The notes under the pieces: model-generated
What the model saw: only the letters and a program-made list of their open reading frames with translations
The model's database searches: none
Told to the model about the DNA's origin: nothing
Shown here: positions 38,001-46,589 of the stretch, in pieces
How positions within the stretch are numbered: the first letter of the stretch is position 1
Layout of the letters: each line of letters begins with the position of its first letter
Made by a program: the position numbers and the translations under genes
IMG/VR virus record: IMGVR_UViG_3300050135_000024
Coordinates: 1-62,271 of that record
Strand: one strand, 5' to 3'
DNA length: 62,271 bases
Origin: a virus
Lineage: Duplodnaviria; Caudoviricetes

Positions 38001-38295
38001 TGGAGCGCCGAGGGTTCCTCACGGCCGGCCTGATCATCGTGTTGTTGACCGTCATCGTCGCCGCGGCCCACACCGGCTGACTCGGAGGGAGATATGGCAC
38101 TCATCCTGGCGGGTTCTTTCGCGTAGCTCCGTGTTGGCCGAGTTGACGATCATTGCAGGCAAGCGGCGTGGAGATCCCAAAGACCCCGCGTGAGCAGGCG
38201 CGGATACCGCCCCCTGCCGCGCCGATGCCCGAGAAGCCGTGACACCGCTGCTGTTCCACTGGCCGCACTGGACCTACTCGGTGTCGTGGCTCTGG

Positions 38296-38832
38296 CTACC
38301 GGGCGTACTTCCACTCGGATCGCGGCCGGCGATTCGCGTTCTGCTCGTGAATGGTCGCCCAGCGCACATTCCCAGGTTCATACCCGCGCTTGCCGTCGAT
38401 CCGGTCGAGCGAATACGTCGAGCGGGGAGCGTCGGACGGACCGCCTGGCCGCGGACCTATATGCGCAAAGAACGCCTCGAACGAGTGCATCCACTCTGCG
38501 CAGACCGTGATTCCGCGGCCACCGTAGAGGTAGAACTTCTTGTCGTTCGGATTACAGCAGCGGTTCTTCATATGCTGCCATGCCCGGTACTCGGGGGTGC
38601 CCTTCTGGCCGTGAGTCCGCGCCGATGGTTTGGGACGCCGCCGCGACTCCGCCAGAAGACAGCCGCAGCTTTTGGCGAGCCCCCTCTTGATGTTCTGCGC
38701 GTTGTTCTCCGTGGCGTTGCCGCAGTCGCATATGCAAGCGTAGTAGCGCTGGCCGTTGCGGTCCGGGGCGTCCCCCACAACCTCAAGACGGCCTGAACGC
38801 AGGCCGATTGGAGCGGGTAGCTTGGGCTTCAT
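38296..38832 (-). CDS. HNH homing endonuclease
   Basis: CICDCG, SCGC, Y..W..MK.RC, YGGRGI.VC..W and SLDRID...Y.PGNVRWAT..Q..NRR. Confidence 0.9.
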   Translation of the reverse strand: MKPKLPAPIGLRSGRLEVVGDAPDRNGQRYYACICDCGNATENNAQNIKRGLAKSCGCLLAESRRRPKPSARTHGQKGTPEYRAWQHMKNRCCNPNDKKFYLYGGRGITVCAEWMHSFEAFFAHIGPRPGGPSDAPRSTYSLDRIDGKRGYEPGNVRWATIHEQNANRRPRSEWKYAR

Positions 38833-38854
38833 TGGTCAACAAATTGTACATGCC

Positions 38855-39154
38855 GTGAGCGATCAGTGGCTCCAGCCAGACTCCTACAACTTCTGGAGCA
38901 GCGGCTGGGGCGAATCGCTGCTGGAGATCGTCAAGGTCGGCATCCTGTTCCTGCTGCTGCGCCCCCTCTACCGGCGTCTGACGAAGCACCTGGAATGCCA
39001 CGTCGACGGCTGCACGCACATCGGGTATCCAGTCCACGGGACGGGCTATCGGGCTTGCCACGTCGCCGGCCATCACCCAGGGATCAAGCACAAGCCGGGC
39101 GAGGCGATCACGGCCGAGCACATCGCCCAGGCGCACGCCGACGCACGCCGATGA
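38855..39154 (+). CDS. Membrane protein with Cys/His C-terminus
   Basis: YNFWS, one TM helix, CHV.GC..IG...C..HHP. Confidence 0.6.
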   Translation: MSDQWLQPDSYNFWSSGWGESLLEIVKVGILFLLLRPLYRRLTKHLECHVDGCTHIGYPVHGTGYRACHVAGHHPGIKHKPGEAITAEHIAQAHADARR

Positions 39155-39456
39155 CCCCGCTCGAGCTGGCGTTCCTCGCGGCCGCCGCCATGATCGTCCA
39201 AGACACCGTGGCTGTCGTGATGGTCCAGGCAGAGGCGAAGAATCTCGGTTGGACCGCGGGCTTCATGGACGCGATTGGCTGGCTCGTCGCGTTCGTGTCG
39301 CTGCGGATCTCGATCACCTCCCACGGAGCGGGCGAGATCGAGGCCGTGGTGCTCGTCTCCGTCGCCAACGTCCTCGGGACGAAGCTCGGCCAGGTGACCG
39401 GCAAGCGGTTCCTGCGAGAGAAGACTCGCGTGAGCCCAGGCGACCCGCGCCGATGA
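39151..39456 (+). CDS. Multi-TM membrane protein
   Basis: Three hydrophobic segments; ANVLGT. Confidence 0.6.
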   Translation: MTPLELAFLAAAAMIVQDTVAVVMVQAEAKNLGWTAGFMDAIGWLVAFVSLRISITSHGAGEIEAVVLVSVANVLGTKLGQVTGKRFLREKTRVSPGDPRR

Positions 39457-39610
39457 GGCTCGTCTCATCCTGGGGGGAAGCTGTCGAGGTCGTGGCCTGT
39501 ATAGCGGGGCTCATCGGTCTCCGTCTGCATATAAGCTGTAACGAGATTCGCTGTATCAGGCGGGAACTCTCGCCGACTGGGTTCTGTCGAAGACATCAAC
39601 CGAAAGGAAC

Positions 39611-39823
39611 GTGACCGTGCCACTCTCAAGCCTTGAGGCAGCGCTCGCGGCTCTCATCGTCGGTATCGGCAACGCCGTCGTCGCCCTCGGAGTGATCGGG
39701 GTCGAACAGGCGACGACCCTGGAGTCCACGATCGTCGGCGTGATCGCCGGGATCTTCGTGCTCGCCAACGCAGTGATCCACTCGGGGGTCTCGCGAGCGA
39801 CCAGCAAGGACGCGAGCGAGTAG
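39611..39823 (+). CDS. Putative holin
   Basis: 70 aa with two TM helices and a charged C-terminus; GAAAGGA RBS. Confidence 0.6.
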   Translation: MTVPLSSLEAALAALIVGIGNAVVALGVIGVEQATTLESTIVGVIAGIFVLANAVIHSGVSRATSKDASE

Positions 39824-40741
39824 GTGGGTCCTCTCGGCTGCATCATCCCCAAGGACAAACCGCACGTGCTGGCGAGCCCGCTCTCAGCGACACCGGGTGG
39901 GGCACCGACGGACGTGCCGGTGGTGGTCGGCTTCAACTGGTACACCAGCTTCGACACGCCGAAAGAGATCGAAGGCACCTTCCACCTACCGGATGTGGCG
40001 AAGGGCGAAGACCTCGGCAGCATCCGGGGTGGCCACTGCTTCTGCTTCGAGCCGATGTATTCGGTGGTCTTGGACCGGCGTCCTGCTCAGGTGTTCTACA
40101 ACCAGGGCCAGGAAGGCGCCTGTGTCGGGTTCGGCAACAGCCGGGCGATCACGATCCACAAGGCCGCTCATCCGATGGCCACGCCGACAGTTGAGCAGGT
40201 CGAGGCAGGAGCGAGAGCGGCGTTCTTTCAGGACGACCTCGGCGGCCACATCAAGGGGAAGTGGACGTTCGACACGATTCCCGAGGGGGGGCGCGAGAAC
40301 TACCGCGAAATGGTCCGAGCGGTGCTGGGCGCTGCCCTCGCTGCTGGCGAAGTCGAGTTCTTCGACGCCTTCTGGCTCTACGACGAAGCCCGGCGTCTCG
40401 AAGGCACCTACCCGTCCGGCGAAGGCGCGAGCGTCAAGGCCGGCGCCGAGGTGCTGCTCGAGAAAGGCCACCGGCTCCAGACCGGCCAGCAGGTCTGCAC
40501 GCGAGACGCCGGCGACGCCGCTCCCTCGCTGATCGATGGGATCAAGACGATCCGGTGGGCCACCACGGTCGAGGAAGTGCTGGCCGCACTCGCCCGGCCC
40601 GGTGCCCAGGCGATTCCCTTCGAGAACAGCTGGGGACTTGCTTATCCCTCGGCTGAGACATCGGTGGTCTGGATGCCCGTCGCCACCTTCGCTCAGCTAC
40701 TCGCTGAAGGCGGAGAAGCCGGGGTCTATGTAGAGGCGTGA
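39824..40741 (+). CDS. Papain-like (C1) cysteine peptidase with permuted motif order
   Basis: QGQEGACVGF, GGH and ENSWG motifs. Confidence 0.7.
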   Translation: MGPLGCIIPKDKPHVLASPLSATPGGAPTDVPVVVGFNWYTSFDTPKEIEGTFHLPDVAKGEDLGSIRGGHCFCFEPMYSVVLDRRPAQVFYNQGQEGACVGFGNSRAITIHKAAHPMATPTVEQVEAGARAAFFQDDLGGHIKGKWTFDTIPEGGRENYREMVRAVLGAALAAGEVEFFDAFWLYDEARRLEGTYPSGEGASVKAGAEVLLEKGHRLQTGQQVCTRDAGDAAPSLIDGIKTIRWATTVEEVLAALARPGAQAIPFENSWGLAYPSAETSVVWMPVATFAQLLAEGGEAGVYVEA

Positions 40742-40756
40742 GGTAGGATCGCAGAT

Positions 40757-40853
40757 GCGCTCGTAGCTCAGTGGTTAACCGTAACCTTCGGGGTGCGGGA
40801 AGAGCAGCGGTCTTTCAAGCCGCAGGTCGCGTGTTCGATTCACGTCGGGCGCA
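40757..40853 (+). tRNA. tRNA-Glu(UUC) with D-loop hairpin insertion
   Basis: Acceptor GCGCTCG/CGGGCGC, D-stem GCTC/GAGC, anticodon arm GCGGT-CTTTCAA-GCCGC, T-arm GCGTG-TTCGATT-CACGT; TAGGAT upstream. Confidence 0.8.
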
Positions 40854-41200
40854 TGCCAGAATCGGGGAGGTGAGCATGGCTCCGCTGTCTCTGTGGTCAT
40901 ATCCGGCGTTCGACGAAGCCCTGCATTGGGCAATCCGCACGCAGCGCGAGGTCAAGCGGATCGCGCGCCGAATCCTACCGCCGTGGAGGTGGGTACCCCC
41001 CGCGCAGCCGCTCGCGCCCGCGCTCGCATGCCGGGTCATCCACGCGCCGTTCGATGTCGCGCACTGGTTGCCGAACATGCCGAGGGGTCACGAAACCCTG
41101 TAGCGGGGCGGCGCCCGCGTTACCAACGCCGATGGGTGTGCCGAAACGCAGCAGGCACGCGGGTTAATTGGACGCAAGACCCCGCACCATCCACGCTCCG

Positions 41201-41241
41201 GAAGCCCTGTCTGGCCATGCGCTGGGCAGGGCTTTCGTCGT
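41201..41241 (+). terminator. Intrinsic terminator-like hairpin
   Basis: gaagccctgtctggc...gctgggcagggcttt followed by cgtcgtt. Confidence 0.55.
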
Positions 41242-42066
41242 TCAGGAGCACGCGGGCGTAAGATCCCGGCTGACCCTCTCCGGTCCCTCATGAGCGCCCC
41301 GCATTGGCCCCCTCGGGGCTGAGGCGGGGCGTTCGGTCGTAGAATCCTTGCTCCGGGTCTCGCTGCCCGAGAAGCAACAGCGAGTGGTGGCCTTGGCTGG
41401 AGCCGCGTCTGACTTCGGTCGGGCGCGGCTCTTTGTCGTTCTGGGGACGGAAGGGGCCGGAGTCGAACCGGCTCGCCCGTGTGGACTCAGCGGCTTAGCA
41501 AGCCGCCCGCTGACCGTTCGCTTCCCTTCCCTATCGTCGGTCCTGCCCCAACCACCGGGCGCGTCTAACCGGGACGCCGGGCTGCTCGCGTTCGGCGATG
41601 CGCTCAGCGCGTGTGAGGAATTCGCTCCGAGGAATGTCTTGGGCTTCGGCGGCTCGTGCTTGGCCCGCACTTTAGATGCGAGCCGGTCGGCATCGATCGT
41701 AATACGGCTGTGAACCCAGATCACCTGCCAGCTCTGGTGAACGCGCAGCCGAGCGCGCATCGAGGCGCGGCACTGGCTCGCGCGGTCCTCCGACGCCGGG
41801 TCCCAATCGCCCTCCCAGAAGCGCGCGACCGCCTGGCAGTCCGTGGCGAACGTCGCCACGTTCATCCCGCGCTCATGGGCCAGCTCCATCGCCCACAGAA
41901 CCGCCTCGAACTCTGCGATCACGTTTGTGGGCGTCTGTGCGTAGCGCCCCTCCGGCCCGATAGCCCCCGTCACCGCGAGCCCCGCGCGACCGGCGCGAAA
42001 GGACGCGTCAGTCACGACGCTCGCAAAGGAGGCCAATGCTGGCTCATCGCGATCGACGGGACGCAA
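41242..42066 (-). CDS. RNase HI-like protein (domain ~42020-41660; ORF runs on through the tRNA)
   Basis: TDAS, TN.IAEFEAV, TDC and ADRLA match RNase H catalytic D/E/D/D. Confidence 0.7.
   Translation of the reverse strand: MRPVDRDEPALASFASVVTDASFRAGRAGLAVTGAIGPEGRYAQTPTNVIAEFEAVLWAMELAHERGMNVATFATDCQAVARFWEGDWDPASEDRASQCRASMRARLRVHQSWQVIWVHSRITIDADRLASKVRAKHEPPKPKTFLGANSSHALSASPNASSPASRLDAPGGWGRTDDREGKRTVSGRLAKPLSPHGRAGSTPAPSVPRTTKSRARPKSDAAPAKATTRCCFSGSETRSKDSTTERPASAPRGPMRGAHEGPERVSRDLTPACS
41400..41440. terminator. Hairpin between convergent RNA units
   Basis: gagccgcgtctgac-ttcg-gtcgggcgcggctc followed by tttgtcgtt. Confidence 0.6.
41448..41530 (-). tRNA. tRNA-Ser(GCU)
   Basis: GGAAGGG/CCCTTCC acceptor, GCGGC-TTGCTAA-GCCGC, long variable arm, GCCGG-TTCGACT-CCGGC, G discriminator; weak D-arm. 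Confidence 0.75.
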
Positions 42067-42360
42067 GTTTCGGCGCTCGCATCACATGAAGCGCCGCCTC
42101 GCGTAGTCGACACGACGCCACCGCGTGAGACGAACGGCACCGCGCCGACTGCCCCGGCACCCGAGTCCCAGCGTGCTCACGCCGCAGCGAGCGGACGGTT
42201 GCCATTGCTCGTCCAGGGCCTGCTTGAGCAACTTCCGTCTGACGGAGCGTGGACGCGGGCGCAGGCACGGGCGTGGCTGCAAATGGCGGCGCTTGCGTTT
42301 GACGTCGTATACGACCTTGGTCCTGACGACGGCCGCCCACTCTGGCCGGCCGATAGGGAC

Positions 42361-43334
42361 CCCCAGAAATGAGCCCACACCCTCCCTTCCAAAAGGAGGT
42401 CCAACTTGGGCTCAGAGCCGGGCGGGCAAGCAGCAGGCGCCGCCCCGTTTCGGCGTCTCCACACAAGGTAAGGGCGGTCGTGACAGCGACCGTCCTTACC
42501 GGAGATTCTACCTACATATCGGCTGGAACGCCAGCAAAAGCGACCCCCGCACGGATAGCCAGCCTCGTAGCGGAGCTTGAGGGACGTGGCGATCGACGCC
42601 TCGGACATGCCCGCGTATGCGAACGGGCAGCGCTACAAGTACAAGGGCGGCCCGGAACGCGAGAAGTACAGCGACCCCGACGCCACCTGGGGGCACCGCT
42701 CCGCCGTGTCCACACGGAAGGGTGGCGGCTTCTACGGCTACCGCCTGCACATGGCCGTGTGCGCCAAGACCGATCTTCCGCTCGCGTGGCGGGTCGAGAC
42801 GGCCAGCATGAACGAAACCCAGGCCGTCGCGCCACTGCTGGACAAGCTGCACGCGCTCGGGATCGACCCGGAGACGTGCGCGATGGACAAGGGCTACGAC
42901 GCCGGGCGCATGTACCAGGCGTGCGCTGACCGGGACATCGCGCCGGTCATCTGCTTGAAGAAAACCCCCGCCGTCAAGCGCGGCGAGCACAAGCCCCCGA
43001 CTTGCGAGCATGGCGAGTGGAGGTTCGGCGGGGCGGACCGCAAGCGCGGAGCTACCAAGTGGCGTTGCCCGACCGGGGAGTGCAAGCCCGCGTCCGTGTG
43101 GATCAAGGCCGACCGGCTGCACCCGCTGATCCCGCGCGAGACGCTTCGCTTCAAGGGCCTGTACCGTCGCCGCGCGTCGGTAGAGCGCGGGTTCGGCAGG
43201 CTCAAGAACGAATGGGCGCTCGCGCCGCTGCGAGTGCGCCGGATCGAGCGGGTGCGGCTACACGCCGACCACCAGCGTGAGATCCGCATAGCAGCCTAGA
43301 AACTTCTTCGTCCATCTCGCGTTCTTTTCTGGGG
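42361..43334 (+). mobile_element. Decayed IS (IS5/IS4-like DDE) with terminal inverted repeats
   Basis: Ends CCCCAGAAATGAGC and (reverse complement) CCCCAGAAAAGAAC, 12/14; encloses a transposase remnant. Confidence 0.6.
42480..43299 (+). pseudogene. Internally deleted, frameshifted DDE transposase
   Basis: AIDAS, DPDATWG, YGYRLH, DKGYD and Y..R.SVER.F.RLK; the short N-terminal piece is in a different frame. Confidence 0.75.
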
Positions 43335-43446
43335 AAAACCCCGAAACTAGGCCGATCTCTGGCATACTAGAAGTTCCAACGGGGATTGAAAACTGGCCGT
43401 TGATGTGCTATACGCGGCGGACTTGAACTTTGATCGACTGGAGAAC

Positions 43447-43674
43447 ATGATGACGAGCATCGGATTTGGTGGAGGGGAGGTTATTCAAGTCGATCTATCG
43501 CTGGATGAGGTGCGCAAACTTCTTCAGGATGCTCTTGCTAAGCGCGAGATGGCTGAGATCAAGGCCCAAAATGGCGAGACAGTCCTCATCAACCCAGAGC
43601 AAGTCAAGGTTCTGCAGAACTCCGCGGGCGGTCCTGAGCGCTTTCCCCGGAATCAGGACCAGCTAGCCGTCTAG
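43447..43674 (+). CDS. Small hypothetical protein (lower GC)
   Basis: GGAG RBS; VLINPEQV. Confidence 0.6.
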   Translation: MMTSIGFGGGEVIQVDLSLDEVRKLLQDALAKREMAEIKAQNGETVLINPEQVKVLQNSAGGPERFPRNQDQLAV

Positions 43675-44089
43675 ACCGCTCCCCGACCGTCTTGGCTGGC
43701 ATAGGGCCTGCCTTAGGTGGCATGATGCCCTCCTTCTGCGGTGGGGTGCCCGTCTTTGATGGGAGCGACCCCTCAACCAGCGACTCGCTGACGGTCATCG
43801 TCTTTGTGTAGCCGGTTGGCATGTCGGCTGACAGCTCGATGCCACCGTCGCCAGAGGCTTTGATGTTGAGCTTGAGCACGCCGAGCGCTAGCAGAAAGCC
43901 CGCTATCACGAGGAGTACGCCCGCAAGGACGAACAGGATGCGAAGCGGTCCCCAGAGACCAGCAAACACCGCTGCTACGGCAATGAGAGCGATGCCCACG
44001 AGAACCATAGCTCCACAGATGCCTATATGGAGCCGCCCCGGGGGGTCTGGATGCATCTCCTCGGTTTCGACCCTCGGTCCAGAAGCCAC
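43604..44089 (-). CDS. Two-TM membrane protein
   Basis: Two long hydrophobic segments. Confidence 0.5.
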   Translation of the reverse strand: MASGPRVETEEMHPDPPGRLHIGICGAMVLVGIALIAVAAVFAGLWGPLRILFVLAGVLLVIAGFLLALGVLKLNIKASGDGGIELSADMPTGYTKTMTVSESLVEGSLPSKTGTPPQKEGIMPPKAGPMPAKTVGERSRRLAGPDSGESAQDRPRSSAEP

Positions 44090-44227
44090 AACACCATTTT
44101 AGGTGCGCGTATCGTTTAGAACAAAGAATGCCGCAATCTGCGAACTATTCGGGCTGCGCTAACCGTAGGCGCAAGGCAACCGAGTGAGCGCCACGCCCAA
44201 CGGTCGACGTGGCGCCCTGGCGGAGCG

Positions 44228-44494
44228 TCAGACGACTTGGCCGACCATCTGCACGAGCCGTACGGCAGCACGGGAGGCGAACACGAACCCGTCACTCGTC
44301 TGGTAGATCAACCCGGCTTGCAGCAGGCCACAGACGGCCACGTCCGCGTCCCTCGCGTTAGCGAGCTGCCGGGCGAGGTCCGGGACCGACCAAACCGGCT
44401 GCCCATCGCCGGGTTCGGTCAAGAGATACAGCAAGTCTCGTTCGGCTCCGTCGAGCCGGACGGCAGGACTCTCAGGGGTAGGCTGGTCAGGCAT
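44228..44494 (-). CDS. wHTH-like hypothetical protein
   Basis: WSV.DLARQL......AV..L..AGLI. Confidence 0.55.
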   Translation of the reverse strand: MPDQPTPESPAVRLDGAERDLLYLLTEPGDGQPVWSVPDLARQLANARDADVAVCGLLQAGLIYQTSDGFVFASRAAVRLVQMVGQVV

Positions 44495-44642
44495 GGGAGT
44501 ACACGCTCCTGTGTCATGGCCGGGGGGCAGTTCGCGCTGTCGCCCCGGCCACTTGGTTGATTGGAGCGAGGACCGTAGGCCCCCAAAACGACGGAATGAG
44601 CGGCGCTTTCCGGCTTATACAGTGGCTGCCCATATGTGACCA

Positions 44643-45014
44643 ATCACATTCGGAGAGCTGCGCCGTCTCTACGACGCACCGCACACCATCGCTGAGATGG
44701 TCGAGATCACGGGGATTCCCTCGACAACGATTTGGCGTCGGCTCGATGTCAGCGGCGGCACGCGGGGGCGCGCTCATCACCGTCGCCGATCCCACACCCA
44801 TCCCCCGGTCACGTACGAGGTGCTTCGCCAGGTGCAGGCCATGTACGTGGAGCAGGAAATGTCAACCCGTGAGATCGCCGTGGCCCTCGGGATTGATCGC
44901 CGATCAGTCGGGTATCGACTCCGCAAGGCTGGGGTCCAACGCCGCGACCACGACGAGGCGATCCGGCTTGCCGTCGCTCGACGTCGCGCAACACCAGCAG
45001 TAGCTCCGCCGTGA
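44643..45014 (+). CDS. Tandem HTH DNA-binding protein (start problematic)
   Basis: Two HTH units: TIAEMVEITGIPSTTIWRRL and STREIAVALGIDRRSV.YRL. Confidence 0.6.
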   Translation: MTFGELRRLYDAPHTIAEMVEITGIPSTTIWRRLDVSGGTRGRAHHRRRSHTHPPVTYEVLRQVQAMYVEQEMSTREIAVALGIDRRSVGYRLRKAGVQRRDHDEAIRLAVARRRATPAVAPP

Positions 45015-45121
45015 CCTGACCGGTCCGCATCATCGTCTCCATGCACCGGGTATCGACGGGTGCGGCCGATGTCTTGAGCAGGGGCTATCGTGGTGGACAC
45101 TCAAGGGTGGACCCGTTGGTC

Positions 45122-45162
45122 GAGCCTCATCTGGCGAGAGCTGGGCGGGGCTCTTTTTCGTT
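45122..45162 (+). terminator. Intrinsic terminator
   Basis: gagcctc...ggggctc followed by tttttcgtt. Confidence 0.6.
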
Positions 45163-45308
45163 CCATCGTGCGGACTCGCGGGGTTGACACGCCGCCGCAG
45201 GCGCGGATACGGTCGTCGTCCGCCCATCTGGCGAAGACACGGCGCCAAGTTGCGCGTGTGATCGGTCTCCGACAAACGCGGGGACGAACCGAGAGAGAGG
45301 CGCGATGA

Positions 45309-45740
45309 ATCCTCCGACTCCCACTGACAATCGCCCTGCTACTCGTGGGCGTACAGACGACTACACTTCCCGCAGCCTTCAACGCGACCCCGAGCGCTCG
45401 GGGACGGAGTGGTGTTAGGCGGCACTCCGCGCGGCCCGTACAGCCGCTTAGCGCAGGTCACCGTCGACCAAACTCGCTGAGCGCCTTCGCCCTGTGCGTC
45501 GCAAATCGGGAGGCCGGCTCGCCCGGCTCCGAGTCCGCGAGCACCGTAGACTGGCATATCGTAGATCCGCCCTATGAAGGCGCCTATCAATGGATGCCTT
45601 CAACCTGGGACGCCGCTGGCGGGGGCCGCTACGGCTCGGCGTCCTCAGCGAGCCCCGAGCATCAGACGATCATCTTCGACTATTGGGAGGCGCGAGATCC
45701 GGGGGCGTGGCCTTTGAGCGTGCCTGCTTGTGGCGGCTAA
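45309..45740 (+). CDS. Rpf-like secreted transglycosylase
   Basis: CVA.RE.G, GAYQW..STW...GG, AS..HQ and WP..C; hydrophobic signal-like N-terminus. Confidence 0.75.
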   Translation: MLRLPLTIALLLVGVQTTTLPAAFNATPSARGRSGVRRHSARPVQPLSAGHRRPNSLSAFALCVANREAGSPGSESASTVDWHIVDPPYEGAYQWMPSTWDAAGGGRYGSASSASPEHQTIIFDYWEARDPGAWPLSVPACGG

Positions 45741-45777
45741 CCCCGCAAGCTGCGGAAGAAATTGACGCGTTGGTACC

Positions 45778-45806
45778 TTGACACGTTGCCGGTGATGGGG
45801 GAAACT
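45778..45806 (+). promoter_or_regulatory. Sigma70-like promoter of the early operon
   Basis: TTGACA-17 nt-GAAACT, 6 nt before ATG 45813 (leaderless). Confidence 0.55.
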
Positions 45807-45812
45807 GGGCAG

Positions 45813-46028
45813 ATGCCAAAGCGCATCATGGAAAGCCCGCTCGACGAGGCGTTGGACGCCGCCGGGATCACTGGCGCGCAGCTCGCTGAGCGGCTCGGCA
45901 TCAGCGTCAGCGAGGTGTCCCGGTACCGCCGCCAGCGGGTCACGCCGTACTCCGCTATGCAGGACCGGATCGCTGCGGAGCTTCCCGGCTGGAACGTCGA
46001 GCGGCTCTGGCCCGAGGACAAGGCATGA
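45813..46028 (+). CDS. Cro-like XRE HTH regulator
   Basis: GITGAQLAERLGISVSEVSRY. Confidence 0.8.
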   Translation: MPKRIMESPLDEALDAAGITGAQLAERLGISVSEVSRYRRQRVTPYSAMQDRIAAELPGWNVERLWPEDKA

Positions 46029-46310
46029 GCCGGGAGAAGTTCGTGCGTCCATGGAGACTTGAGTCGGCGACCGGGATGTCGTGGAACACCTACAAGCACC
46101 TGGACCGCTTGCTCGCTGAGGTAAAGAGTCACCCCGGCCGGTATCAAAGCTGCATCGCACGCAACCGAGAGACGGGCGAGATCATCGACGCCGACGAGAT
46201 CGCCAGGAGGGTCAGCGCGTGATCGTGTTGCTCGTCATCGGCTGCGTCGTCCTCGTGCTAGCCGGGCTCCTCGCACTCGCCCTGGCTCGCGCTGCGAAGG
46301 ACGATGACAA

Positions 46311-46589
46311 GTGAGCGACGAGCGCGTAGAGGTCAGCATCGAGGATGCGCTGGCGCGACTGGCGGTCATCCCCGACTATGACGACGGCAACGGGCCACGG
46401 CCCTGCGTTCACACGCTCCGCGATGCGCGCATCGGCCTCCTTGGCGCGCATTGGGGACTGGAGAACGTGCAGGCGGCGATGGAAAAGCACGGGGTTTCCG
46501 AGAGTGGCCGGGCGGCTAGCGGCATGCGCCACGGCCTCGTGGTTATCGACGAGACGGGTCCCGTATTTCTTGAAACGAAGGTCGCCTGA
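46311..46589 (+). CDS. Hypothetical protein
   Basis: VHT.....GLLGA.W...HGL......VFLET pattern. Confidence 0.55.
   Translation: MSDERVEVSIEDALARLAVIPDYDDGNGPRPCVHTLRDARIGLLGAHWGLENVQAAMEKHGVSESGRAASGMRHGLVVIDETGPVFLETKVA

Noticed and set aside
39821-39823. Genome-wide stop-codon reassignment (in-frame TAG between holin and peptidase)
   Set aside because: TAG and TGA end many clear genes normally, and no suppressor tRNA is present.
40169-40345. Intein in the peptidase
   Set aside because: Too short and lacks C/S start and HN/C end motifs.
41135-41180. SRP RNA or c-di-GMP riboswitch
   Set aside because: Only fragmentary motifs (GCAGC, GGACGCAA) are present; the conserved cores are missing.
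45200-45300. c-di-AMP (ydaO) riboswitch ahead of the Rpf-like gene
   Set aside because: Expected GCUGAAUCC and GUCAGC-type conserved motifs are absent.
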